The notes below the pieces were generated by a model. The model was not told the DNA's origin. It searched no databases and was given only the letters and a program-made list of their open reading frames with translations. A program made the translations under genes and the position numbers. A stretch of DNA of 63,592 bases, counting the filler, from Nemertoderma westbladi (taxonomy: Eukaryota > Animalia > Xenacoelomorpha): assembly GCA_032718475.1 (NCBI GenBank). It is 4 parts of 4 records of this genome, joined end to end, with 100 filler letters (N's around TTAATTAATTAA, not from the genome) between each part and the next. Parts side by side here need not be neighbours in the genome. Positions count along the whole stretch, not along the records: positions 1 to 20,339 come from JAUCBJ010000940.1; 3 more parts are not named here. One strand, given 5' to 3'. Shown here one piece after another: positions 1 to 11,237 of the stretch (the stretch's first letter is position 1; the number at the start of each line of letters is the position of its first letter).

Positions 1-2
1 TT

Positions 3-1619
3 CATTCATCTCGTTCCTCTCCACTGAGTCCGACCAGAATATCTCGGTACAACGAGAAAGAGGAATTGGGACAACTCAACGATCGGTTAGCCGTTTACAT
101 CGACCGCATGCGGCATTTAGAGAACGAAAACAAACAACTAACGACTCGAATTTCGTCATTCGAAGAAGTTTCTCTCGAAGAATCAACGGTACTACGAACC
201 TCGTACGAGTCGGAACTGAAAGCGGCTCGTCAAATGATAGACAACTTGGCACGGGAGAAGTCGAAACTTCAGATCGAAGCGAGTAAATGGAAAGCCGAAT
301 CCGACGATTACAGAGTTCGTTTTAGTAAGAAAGAACGCGAGTTCTTAACAGCCGAGAAACGACTTAATATTCTGGAGAAGTTGCTTCCTGATCGCGAGAA
401 ATCCTTGGATACTGCGATTAGAGAGTGCGACAGACATAAGGAGGAATTGGCGATGATTGAGAAGCAACTCGCCACCACCAAGGTACAACTGGAGGAGGAA
501 ACCTTCTTACGGGTTGACTTTGAAAATAAACTGAAGAGTCTTAAAGAAGATTACACCTTCAAAGTTGGGATGTACGAGAAACGTCTCCAGGAATCCCGAC
601 GTCAGAGGTCCATAGAAATAGAGGAAGTCCAGGGGGAAGTTAAAGCCGTATTTGAGTCGCAGTTATCGGAGGCATTGCAGGAGATGAGAGAACAACAGGA
701 CGAAGCTGTAATGAGTTATAGAAAGGAAACTGAAGAGAGTTTCCTACTGAGAATCAAAGATATCGAAGATAGTCACTCAAAGAAGTCTAAGGAAATGGCG
801 GGAGTCCGGGATGAGCTCATAGAAACTAAGAAAGGGATGGATAGTCTGTCCTGTCAGATCAGCACGTTGAAGAGTCAGAATATCGATTACGAGGGACGAG
901 TTCAAACCCTAATGAAGGAGCTTGATGAGGAACGCAACCGCTACCAGAAGGCTTTGCCAGTCTGGGAGGGGGAAGTGCACAGCTTAAAAGAGGAACTTCA
1001 CAGCCAGTTTATGGAGTATCAGGAGTTGTTAGACATTAAGATGGGGTTGGACACCGAGTTGGTCGCCTATAGGAAGCTGTTGGAGAGCGAAGAGCACAGA
1101 TTGAATATAACGCCGTCGCCGGCACGCCAGCCGCGTTCCTTTACCGGTACGGGACGCCGATCGCGGAAGAGAGCCGCCCACAGGTCGCGTCTCGAGCAAA
1201 CAGCCGAGTCCTCGGGGACTTTCAATGTATCCGAGGTTGACCCCCAGGGCCATTACGTTGTTATCAGCAGCGACTCCGTCGAGGATCAGATTCTAGGCGG
1301 CTATAAGATTAAACGCAACATCCCCGGTCGGCCCGATATTATCTACAAGTTCCCGGCCAAGTTCCTTCTGGGCACCGGACGTTCCGTCAAGGTTTGGGGT
1401 AATGCCGCCAGTGGGGCGGTGCACACGCCTCCTAGCGACATGGTCTGGAAACACTCAGCTAACTGGGGCGTCGCCAAGTCGGTCAGCGTTGCATTAGTAG
1501 ACGGGAGTGGCGTCGAGGTAGCCTCTCGTAGTCTTTGCGTCGTCGTTGATGAGGAAAGCGAACACGAAGAGGCTAATGAGGCGAAGAAACCCCGAGAGGA
1601 GTTATGCAGGTTAATGTAA
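3..1619 (+). CDS. LMN: Nuclear lamin (B-type, invertebrate), 5'-partial, no introns in the visible part
   Basis: Frame is open from base 3: HSSRSSPLSPTRISRYNEKEELGQLNDRLAVYID (CDK1 SPTR site plus coil-1a LNDRL motif). Rod end is AYRKLLESEE, followed by an NLS (RRSRKR), an Ig-fold lamin tail (YKFP...VKVW...MVWK) and C-terminal CaaX CRLM. Confidence 0.96.
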   Translation, partial: HSSRSSPLSPTRISRYNEKEELGQLNDRLAVYIDRMRHLENENKQLTTRISSFEEVSLEESTVLRTSYESELKAARQMIDNLAREKSKLQIEASKWKAESDDYRVRFSKKEREFLTAEKRLNILEKLLPDREKSLDTAIRECDRHKEELAMIEKQLATTKVQLEEETFLRVDFENKLKSLKEDYTFKVGMYEKRLQESRRQRSIEIEEVQGEVKAVFESQLSEALQEMREQQDEAVMSYRKETEESFLLRIKDIEDSHSKKSKEMAGVRDELIETKKGMDSLSCQISTLKSQNIDYEGRVQTLMKELDEERNRYQKALPVWEGEVHSLKEELHSQFMEYQELLDIKMGLDTELVAYRKLLESEEHRLNITPSPARQPRSFTGTGRRSRKRAAHRSRLEQTAESSGTFNVSEVDPQGHYVVISSDSVEDQILGGYKIKRNIPGRPDIIYKFPAKFLLGTGRSVKVWGNAASGAVHTPPSDMVWKHSANWGVAKSVSVALVDGSGVEVASRSLCVVVDEESEHEEANEAKKPREELCRLM

Positions 1620-3063
1620 CCATAGGAACAGATATAATGCTCTAGTAATTCGCACATTATATACGAGGAATATTAGCAATGACTCTCGCAGCTCGACAGC
1701 TGGTACGGCCTGACATTTATAGGAATTAATAAGTTTTATAAAGTTTTAGGTGATTTAAATTCTTGAGTTGTTTTTGTGTTGTAAAGATGGCAAACTGTCG
1801 AGGCGAGGTTACTGATGATGGACAATTATATTACTGTAGTGTAGATATTTTATATAATGCCAATGGCGATCATCAATCATACTACCCTTAAATCATAAAA
1901 TTTATAGCAATTGATTATTGTTTATTTGTTCTTGTGATTGGGGTGTTTAGTCTATCCAAAACGTTTTTATACTGTATCTTGTCCTAAAATATTTTGTTAA
2001 TTTTAATATTTCCTACAACATACTGTTATGTCTGTCTGCCTTCTCATACATTAATATATTTTTACATTTTTTTGAGTTTTGAATCCTTCTGTATAAAAAT
2101 ATTTTGGGAGGGGGTGGGGGGGTTGTTGGCTCAAATCCCATCGCAATTTACATTAAACAATAAACTCGTCAATTGGACATCTTTTTTTTAATTTTGCTGG
2201 TAAAATGTTGTTTCATGTGTTGTGTTTGAGTATTAAGTGCAATTATTGCCGTTTGCAACTTAGTTGTCGTTTATTCGTTATATTGATAGTTTTAATAACT
2301 AAATAATTTGACTGAAGTTTTATAATAAGATTCAATGATCGTGATCAGATAGCATATAATATTATTTCAGTGGTGTTTCATTTTTAATGCCCATCTCATC
2401 TATTAGAAAAACAGATACGTTTTGCCCTCGTGCAATATGGCCGAACACACAACCTAATTACACAGAAGAACTAATTATAGTTGTACGATGCTGTGAGCAG
2501 GTTAGTAAAGGAACAGGTAACAGAGGATGGCTGGGTAACACATGTTACAAGATTTCAGGGTAGTAAATGCAAAAACTATTAAAAAAAACACTAATGGCAT
2601 TACACCAGTTCTGGCATGGATCTACTTTTCCGGGGGGGGGGGGGGGGGGGGGGGGGTATTTCTATATGGTAAATGCAGCATCTGCATCCGCGGATGTTAA
2701 AAATATAACATTCGCAACATCCCTAGTGTAGAGACGAGTTAAGTAGAGACTCTACTTATAGATCATTCGTTCTGATCATTTCACACGGGTGAAGTCGAAA
2801 GTACCTGTCTGAAAATTGGTAGACCCTGACGGCATATTTATTAATTAAGAATCGAGACAGTGGTAGACAGCTGCAGTGTAATATTGCCCCCAGGTTGATT
2901 CCTGTCAGTCTGTTTAACTGGCCAATTAGCACAGACGTGTTCCTTATCTTTCTTAAAGTACCCAATGCTTCCTGTCTGCCAAACCTTTATTATGTATTGC
3001 GTATAACTTTATTATATTATATTATTATGTAGTTTAAATATCAAAGGGAATTTTTTTGAATTT

Positions 3064-3205
3064 GAACAAAGTTCGCATCCATTGGAACAAAGTTCGCATC
3101 CATTGGAACAAAGTTCGCAACTATTGGAACAAAGTTCGCAACTATTGGAACAATGTTCGCAACTACTGGAACAAAGTTCGCAACTATTGGAACAAGGTTC
3201 GCAGT
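3064..3205. repeat. 21-bp minisatellite (GAACAAAGTTCGCAACTATTG), ~6-7 copies
   Basis: Direct tandem repeat; it explains the spurious VANFVPI ORF. Confidence 0.9.
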
Positions 3206-4060
3206 TGAACTGCTCTCACAAAGTTCGCGTAACCGTATCAATGTGACATCACAAATCGGATGACCCCCCCCCCCCATAATAAACCTAAGACAACTAAATA
3301 AATTGACATTTACAAAACCAACAAGAGTTAGTATACTGACTAGAAGACAGCTAAATATTTCATATCCTATACAATTTTGCGAGAGGCTTTGCCTTACAAA
3401 CACTTCATGAAAGCTGGTAAGATCAATCGGAGATGCAATCGATATTAGTACCATCTCTCTACACACAAGGTAAGAAAGAAATTCAACTTAACTTTAAGTT
3501 ATTGATTTATTGGAGGTAGGCTATACATTTAGTCCGATATCTCGACAGGTACAGTACCGGTACACTCACACTCATTGAGTCAGCCTAGAACATATGCAAT
3601 ATTTAAAAAATAATTAAGTTTAAGTTACGTATACGTCACAAGTTAATATGTAGTCACCTTTTCCAAAGAGCCTTTCCATGGGTATTTGAAATGTTAATGG
3701 AGGTTAATAAATAGGGCGTATAAATAAACACGACAAACAAATAAGACAATGAGATTCAATTACAATACAATAAAATCAAGCACATTCCTCTGGAGAATAA
3801 AAGTCTTTACACAAAAACACTAACGCAGTATGGTTTTTATAAACATTTTAAACAATAAAGGAACCAAGTAAAACAAATCCGATGTAGTAACCTCATTTAA
3901 ATTTGCAATGACTATACAGTATGCGGTGTCTGTATGGTTTATTCTAATTTTCCCGATCCAACATTGGGCATGATAATGAAGGGTGAACATTATGACCTGT
4001 TTGACTCGACTTCTTGTGGTGTCTATCTATTTCAGTATTTGCGGATCATTCTGAGAGTAT

Positions 4061-4635
4061 CTGTCTCTGTGAGAATCTGATTTATGGCACCTGTCTCTGT
4101 GAGAATCTGATTTATTGCTCCTGTCTAGGTGAGAGTCTGATTCATGGCTCCTGTCTCTGTGAGAGTCTTATTTATGGCTCCTGTCTCTGTGAGAATCTGA
4201 TTTATGGCTCATGTCTCTGTGAGAGTCTGATTTATGGCTCCTGTCTCTGTGAGAGTCTTATTTATGGCTCCTGTCTCTGTAAGAATCTGATTTATGGCTC
4301 CTGTCTCTGTGAGTCTGATTTATAGCTCCTGTCTCTGTGAGAGTCTTATTTATGGCTCCTGTCTCTGTGAGAATCTGATTTATGGCTCATGTCTCTGTGA
4401 GAGTCTGATTTATGGCTCCTGTCTCTGTGAGAGTCTTATTTATGGCTCCTGTCTCTGTGAGAATCTGATTTATGGCTCATGTCTCTGTGAGAGTCTGATT
4501 TATGGCTCCTGTCTCTGTGAGAGTCTGATTTATGGCTCCTGTCTCTGTGAGAATCTAATTTATGGATCCTGTCTCTGTAAGAGTCTGATTTATGCCTCCT
4601 GTCTTTGTTAGAGTCTGTCTCATGGCTCCTGTCTC
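4061..4635. repeat. 30-bp tandem array (~19 units) spanning the CIR1 stop codon
   Basis: Unit CTGTCTCTGTGAGAGTCTGATTTATGGCTC; the minus strand encodes SHKSDSHRDR. Confidence 0.95.
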
Positions 4636-5572
4636 GTCGTCGTGACTCGATTTTATGCTCTTTATCCCGATGAGAGATTCTGCGATGGCCTTTTTTATGT
4701 TTTCTTCCACTTTCACCACCATCAACATCACTCTCACAACCGGTGGACGATTCTCGCTTGTACAATTTTTTTTCGCCATCTCTGCTACCAGATTGTGCCG
4801 CATAATGTTTACTGGTACTCGCATGAACCTTCTTATGACTTTTCTTTAATCTTTTAGTTTTCTTACGATGAAGTTTCTCCAACTTTTTCATTAGCTTAAT
4901 TTTCTGGCCATTTGAAAGACCGCGAATAAGCTGAAGCTCAACTTCATTCCCGCTGCCTTCTTCATCTGAAGACGACGACGAACTAGAAACAATGTCGCGA
5001 GCTTCGGCTTTAATAGCCGCTTCGGATTTCCATCCCAAAATATCGGGTTTCAGAACTAACCCGGATTCTTTCATTAGCTCGGTCAAGGCGACAGGATCCC
5101 CGGCGATTTTATTCTCGATAAATGAATCCTTAACCTGCCCATACATTGGGCACTCACGATCGAAGTTTGTGTGGCCCCATTTGCGGCATCGCAAACAGCG
5201 GACATTTCGAACTTCGATACCGAAGGGCTGATCGATAAGCAGGTCTGTCTGAAGCTTGGCGTACTCTTCTCGGGGCGCGTTCTTCTGCCACTCGAACTTG
5301 TACTCCGGTTCGTTTTCCTCCTTCTCGCGTTGTCTCTCGGCTCCCGGGGGCGGCTCGTACATAAACTTCAACCCGAGTTTTACCTTCTCATCCCCCATCA
5401 ACCCCTTGTTCTCGTAGACCTCTTGCTCCTTCTCGTACTGCCGTTGGAGCTCCGCATCTTTGGCGGCTTTGTGCTCGGTCTTCTGTTCGGCCATCCAGAT
5501 TTTTCGCAGGACCCATGGATTGTCCGGATGGAAATCCTTATTTTTCATGTAATTATTGAATCCTTTACCCAT
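4436..5572 (-). CDS. CIR1: Corepressor interacting with RBPJ 1 (CIR1), single exon
   Basis: N-terminus MGKGFNNYMKNKDFHP...KIWMAEQK, FMYEPPPG, EYKFEWQKNAPRE, DQPFGIEVRNVRCLRCRKWGHTNFDRECP zinc knuckle, then an S/K/R/H-rich low-complexity tail. Confidence 0.94.
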   Translation of the reverse strand: MGKGFNNYMKNKDFHPDNPWVLRKIWMAEQKTEHKAAKDAELQRQYEKEQEVYENKGLMGDEKVKLGLKFMYEPPPGAERQREKEENEPEYKFEWQKNAPREEYAKLQTDLLIDQPFGIEVRNVRCLRCRKWGHTNFDRECPMYGQVKDSFIENKIAGDPVALTELMKESGLVLKPDILGWKSEAAIKAEARDIVSSSSSSSDEEGSGNEVELQLIRGLSNGQKIKLMKKLEKLHRKKTKRLKKSHKKVHASTSKHYAAQSGSRDGEKKLYKRESSTGCESDVDGGESGRKHKKGHRRISHRDKEHKIESRRRDRSHETDSNKDRRHKSDSYRDRIHKLDSHRDRSHKSDSHRDRSHKSDSHRDMSHKSDSHRDRSHK

Positions 5573-6085
5573 CTTTACGTTTCGTAATTCGGTTATTGCA
5601 GTATTACTGCAGTACTGTCAGACTGTATTAATTTAGTAGGCCTAATTCTGTAATTACAGTGAACACGATTGCAAATTTACAATTTCAGTATTTGTCATAA
5701 CAGCACACAAATACAGAAATATACTGAGGCCTAAGATTGAAGATAGAATACTGCTGCCCCCGTACTCCATACTCCAGTACTCGGTGTACTCTGTACCATG
5801 GTCACTTCACTGTTGCTGTTACTACTGCTGTTCTGTAAACAGTCAGCCAGTAAACCGGCAGTAAATCTGTAACCGGTAAATACAGAAATACCAGTCAGTC
5901 AGTAGACTGGTAGAGCCTACTGCTGTACTGCTGTAATCCACGACTGCTTCGATAGACTGATAGAGCAATAGAGTTGTTGTTAGAGAAGGTGCTCTAATAA
6001 TGTGCTCTCAGGCTCAGGTATACACTACACAGACACAATGGATCAAAACTTCGATTTGTGACAACACATCACGGAGTGGACACAA

Positions 6086-6202
6086 CACAAGTCCCTAAAT
6101 TGTGCCACCCTGCTCCATACCCCGGAAAATTCAAATGATTGATAATTTGTACGGGAAAGGGTGGCAGATCAGATCTGGAACATTTTGGCGGTAAATTCAA
6201 AT
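6086..6202. promoter_or_regulatory. Putative E2F/CHR-like cassette ~0.5 kb upstream of CIR1 (second copy at 11457-11555)
   Basis: CCCGGAAAATTCAAAT and TTTTGGCGGTAAATTCAAAT blocks; both blocks recur at 11457-11555. Confidence 0.4.
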
Positions 6203-6256
6203 CTGTATTATCATTGAATACAGGAATAGACTAAGACTAAAAATGGAATTGAATTT

Positions 6257-6412
6257 GAATCATTCAATATAATTGAATGAGAATCATTCAATATAATTAA
6301 ATGAGAATCATTCAATATAATTGAATGAGAATCATTCAATATAATTGAATGAGAATCATTCAATATAATTGAATGAGAATCATTCAATATAATTGAATGA
6401 GAATCATTAAAT
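6257..6412. repeat. 24-bp palindromic minisatellite (GAATCATTCAATATAATTGAATGA), ~6 copies
   Basis: Tandem repeat; each unit contains the inverted repeat TCATTCAAT-ATA-ATTGAATGA. Confidence 0.9.
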
Positions 6413-7462
6413 ATATCACTAAAAGATTTTGGTTCCAGAGATACGCTATACTGCTATACTCTATTCCATCGGTAACGGTATTTGGTATCAGTATTATTCG
6501 GCAGAACAGTATATTTTATTTATACAGTATTAAAAACCTATAAACTAGACGTGACAGTTAGTTAGACTACGTGTCACGTGTCTAGTAATTATACGACAGA
6601 GTACTGCGATACGTATATTATATATTATGTCAGTATGTACTGTCGTAAAGTTATGGTCTTAGTTGTAGCATACATTTTCAATAGCATTCTGTAATCAGCT
6701 CCTTTCCTTAAATAGGTAACATCGCATATTATTGTTTTGGTTATAAAAGCCCGCCTCTGTAACCTGCTCCTTTCCTTGTATTTTTAACAAGATTGTTAAT
6801 TGTTTTGGTTAGAACTGGCTGGCTCTGCAACCTGTTCCTTTCCAACAATTGGTATCGAGGTTGTTTATTGGTTTGGTTAAAAAAAACACGCCTCTTGTGA
6901 AAACTTTCCATCAATTGCTGAATTGCCATTGACGGACTACAGTAAGATGGTATGGTACATACTGTGGTAGTACATACTACCCTAGTTCGTGATATACTGT
7001 ATTTTGTTCATACTTTAATGGCCCTGGAGCGGTGCCTTGGCAAAATTGCTTTCCAGGAAATGATTAACATAAATAGGCCTACCATAAAAACCCCGCTATA
7101 CAGTATTATGAGGGGCTATGCTTAAAACTGTCTTACTTCGAATGTTTGTTTCGAACAGGTATCTGAAATTAACCCCAACACATACTCATACCAAATCACA
7201 TACTTGTTTAGTACTTTACATACTACTTTAAATTAAACTTTGATATAATATTACAGATAATATTGTGTTTGTTTATACGAATGGAGATAATAATATTGTA
7301 TTCGTTTCATATGGGACTAATTGGGAAAAATTTATATGTTATTATTATTATTTCGGTCTTGATGCCACCGGTTGCTATAATCAAAAATTTAATATTGTAA
7401 ATATTTTTACATGGTACAAATCGCAGAAAATAATAAGTTTATTAAGATAGATAACAGATTTA

Positions 7463-7897
7463 GGCCCCCCTCACACGGAGCAACTTGTTTCTGCAACTTG
7501 TTGCTGGACCACCTCACACACAGAAACAAGTTGCTGCAACTTGTTTCTGCAACTTGTTTCCGAAACTTGTTTCAGCAACTTGTTGCTGGCCCCCCCTCAC
7601 ACACAGAAACGTGTTGCTTAAGAAAATAACAATTATTTCAAAACAAATAGCTAACATGTCCAGTGATTTATATATAATATCAAATCGCTGAATTTATCGA
7701 ATATTAGCTATAATATAAAAATTGGATGTAAAAAAGGTTTTTAAAAAAGTTGCTGGGAATATAACTTCCAGCAACTTGTTGCTGGACTCCTCACACACAG
7801 AAACAAGTTGCAGCAACAAGTTTCTGTGTGTGAGGGGGTCCAGCAACAAGTTTCAGAAACAAGTTGCAGAAACCAGTTGCTCCGTGTGAGGGGGGCC
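7463..7897. mobile_element. MITE, probably PIF/Harbinger-type
   Basis: Long TIRs GGCCCCCCTCACACGGAGCAACT...AGTTGCTCCGTGTGAGGGGGGCC, flanked by TTA/TAA, with internal GCAACTTGTT subrepeats. Confidence 0.85.
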
Positions 7898-8425
7898 TAA
7901 GAAGAAAATTAAGTAAGTCTGAAAATAATTGTGATATAGGAGTTGTAATATGTAAAGGATCTATATGGTGTAATTAAATTTGTCACTTGTCATATAAAGT
8001 GATAATATCATTGCCTACACTATTTGTCACTTGTCATATAAAGTGATAATATCATTGCCTACATTCCCAACCAGTAAATGAAGAATAACTGTATAAATTA
8101 TTATCCATTCAAATTTATTAGCCTTGTACCATAATTATTTAAATGATATCGATATGCTTATGTCCTGTTTATTCTCTTCAGTTTCATTCTACGAAAATTA
8201 GTTTTCTTTAAATTAAATCAATAATACTATTTCGAAAATTACAATGTAGTAAAGCTTTGCCCATTTGCATCATACACGATATTATTTTCGTTGTGATGAT
8301 TAAGTGTATATTGACAGTTTACTGGAAGAGTTGAAGATGATCCAGGGGCAGGAAGAACATTTGAATAGTTTAGATGATTGTTGTCATCATGTATTGCTCT
8401 AACAATCATGCTGTGGATGTCCGAT

Positions 8426-9120
8426 TTAAGTATAGATTTTCTTGCTGGAGGTGAGTTTCAGCTCTGAAGCAATCATCTTTGCCCAGAAATAGTCGGGGTC
8501 GTCATCATTACTCCTCTCAGTTTTCAGAGTTTTAATAGCTAGGTGCATTAATGCTTGCTTGTCAGACTCTTCTGCTTCATTCCTTCTCCGGCGTTTGACT
8601 CCTACTTTCGTTGGTGTGAAGCGGTTTGATGATGGTCCTAAAGGAGTTAAATTATTAGAACTGGAATCAGAGGTGCTGGTGTTAGCATTAAGTGCGTCAA
8701 ATGTTCCTAAACCTTCTTGATCATCGCTTTCCAGATTAGAAATGGAGGCATCTATTTCCATCACTCCAAATAGAAAAGAAAGGTCCTTCCTTATAATACT
8801 TCCAATTGGAAATATATATATCATCAGGACTGACTGGCGCCAGCCAGACACCTCTGTTCGCGTGGTCTTTGCATGTTCACGTTTAAATATCGTTCTTAGA
8901 TTTTTAAAAAGTGCATATGCGTTGCAGACATGAAACAGTCTGTATCTAAACTTTTCAGTATCATCTGTAGCTCACCGTACAGGTGTTCGTGTAGTTTGCG
9001 CTTCTTATACTGAGCTGATCTTGTATTCCAGAGAACTTCATGTTCTCTGTAAAAGTCAATTAAAGTGACTGTTGACTGATCCGACCACTTAACAAAGATT
9101 GGTCTGCCATAACTTAGCAC
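8426..9120 (-). pseudogene. Frameshifted MADF (Myb/SANT-like) gene with a BESS-like C-terminus, probably the DNA-binding ORF of a Harbinger remnant
   Basis: KWSDQSTVTLIDFYREHEVLWNTRSAQYK, then after a frameshift FKNLRTIFKREHAK, and finally DDPDYFWAKMIASELKL. Confidence 0.7.
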
Positions 9121-10164
9121 TTTATAAAAAGGGAATAGTGTCGGTGTGACCCACTTAGCAACGTTTTTATGGTTAGATTTTGCTACTTTATCAGAAGTTC
9201 TGGAATATGCTAGCTATAAAATGAGTAAAAATTAGAAATTAAAGAGATAGCTAGTTTTTTTTTCATTTAAAATAGCGAGTAAAAAAAAATTTTTTTTTTG
9301 AGATTATAAAATCGCTAGTATATTTAAAATAATATACAATATAAATTATGTTAAAACAAATTTAATACATTTAAATTGATATGAATGAAAGAGTTATGGA
9401 TTACAGAATATGTTTCTAATTAGTTTGTTAATCCATTCGATATTTGCATTTGAGAGCCTTTAATAATTCATTGAATCCATTCAATATTCTAAAAAAAAAT
9501 ATATATTATATTCTAATATAAAGTGTATAATTCTAGTATTCAAGTATAATTCTAATACAAATATTCTAGAACACTAAATTGTTTTATTTCTATCACTACA
9601 TACGATTTGCTACCATACATTAAAAAACAATTTTTTTATTATTACTAGCTATTTTAAATTAAAAAATTACTAGCTATATATTCTAGAACAATAATTTTTT
9701 TATTTTATTTTTGTTCTGGAATAGTGTATATTATATATTTTTTGTTCTAGAACTCTTCACTGTTGCCATGGTAACAATGATTTATGTTATAAAAATGCAG
9801 TTCTATACGGAACTGTTACCAAAAGTTTAATAAGATACATCCAGAAATGCATAATTATTTTTAAACTAGCTACCGGTAGTTTTTACTACTTTTTTTTATT
9901 ATACAAGGCATATTTCATTGAGGATTAAATTATAATTTGAATGTTTTTACTAGCTAATAAAAAGTAATAGGTAACACAAAATCAAAATTACTAGCTATCA
10001 TCTTACTGTCAGAAGGTCAAATATTTGTTCTAGAACAAAAAACCTCTTGATAAAAGCTATTTTTCACAAGAAAAAATTGGACTTCTGGATTTCTTCACAA
10101 AAACCCTCTTTAATACTGTTTAATTAAATTTGATTACCCCGCTTTAATTCGCCCACGCAATTCC

Positions 10165-10303
10165 TTCAAGTTGCCGTAAAAGTTGAGCAACTTTTACAGC
10201 AACTTTTTTACGTGTTTACACGGAGCAACTTGATCGGCAACCTGGTTTGCTCTACAAGTTGCAGAGAAAGTTGCTCTAAAAGTTGCCACGTGTAAACAGG
10301 CCT
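10165..10303. mobile_element. Harbinger-like terminal sequence
   Basis: Ends AGTTGCCACGTGTAAACAGGCCT followed by TTA; shares ACACGGAGCAACTT with the MITE at 7463. Confidence 0.55.
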
Positions 10304-10731
10304 TTAGAGCACTATATTTTTTTAAAGTCAGAAAGTAAGTAAGTACCTGGAGATATCACAATAAGCCATTTATTGTTTGTGTCCACTGTCCCTTTTCAAG
10401 CCCTTTTTAGTCCGCTCTCGTCTGACCACTTACCAAGAAAGGGTTCTTTTTGCCCGCTCTGGTCTGTCTTCTTACCCAATAGAAAATGGGTTTTGCAAAC
10501 GAGACCCAAAAATTCACAATTGGGCTTGGCATCCGACGGATTCGGAATCAGCAGACTCGATTTAGCTTAAAACCGTTGGATGCCAGCCGTTACCCAAATT
10601 TGCCTTCGCCATCACTTTCTTGGCGTATTTCGAGGAATTGGTACCAGACTATAATGTTAATTAAACCCGTTAACTTAATTTATACGCCCTTATTTTAGTA
10701 GAGCGAATCAATGACCTTTAATATTATTTAA

Positions 10732-10806
10732 CCAATGGATAACAAATTCTAGAATTTAATCTTAATATTTAAGTGACGCATATTATTCGTTTTGGTCACA
10801 ATATAA
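10732..10806 (+). promoter_or_regulatory. Candidate promoter of the basic-protein gene: CCAAT (10732), CRE-like TGACGCA (10774), TATAA (10802)
   Basis: Motifs in canonical order 60-135 bp upstream of the ATG at 10866. They are short motifs in AT-rich DNA, so chance matches are possible. Confidence 0.35.
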
Positions 10807-10865
10807 GCAAACAGTTTTGATTTGTAAAATAACTAGATACCATTAATTAGGAAACGTAAATAATC

Positions 10866-11237
10866 ATGCGTGAGATGGCGGAGATTGATAGTGACGATGG
10901 CGTGTTGGGTGAAGATCGTTTGTCGATTTCGAACTTGGAGGCCGCTGACGGAAAGAAGGATCGGGAAAGTAGGTCTACCAGTGGGAGAGACATGGAGAAA
11001 AGGAGACGGAGGAAGCGAAAGGGAAGTAAGAAATGGAAGGGAAAGAAGAAGGGAAAGATGAGCAGATCAAGGAGTCGCCGAGGTAAAGGGAGTAAATCAA
11101 GGAGTCGTGGAGGAAAGGGGAAGAAGAAAGGGAAGAGAGGAAGATCGAAGGGCCGCGGGAAGAAAGGAGCGGGAAAGTCGAGGTCGAATCAATTCGATGT
11201 TAAAGGTGGATGGGAGATGTTGATGAGAGGAAAATAA
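10866..11237 (+). CDS. Small basic protein, protamine-like / sperm nuclear basic protein precursor candidate
   Basis: 123 aa: acidic N-terminus (EIDSDDGVLGED) followed by an R/K/G/S-rich core (KRRRRKRKGSKK...SRSRSRRGKG...). The ORF is not a simple nucleotide repeat. Confidence 0.6.
   Translation: MREMAEIDSDDGVLGEDRLSISNLEAADGKKDRESRSTSGRDMEKRRRRKRKGSKKWKGKKKGKMSRSRSRRGKGSKSRSRGGKGKKKGKRGRSKGRGKKGAGKSRSNQFDVKGGWEMLMRGK

Noticed and set aside
4014-4611. Cys-rich plus-strand ORFs (CLCESLIYGS)n as metallothionein- or keratin-like proteins
   Set aside because: They are the antisense reading of the CIR1 30-bp array.
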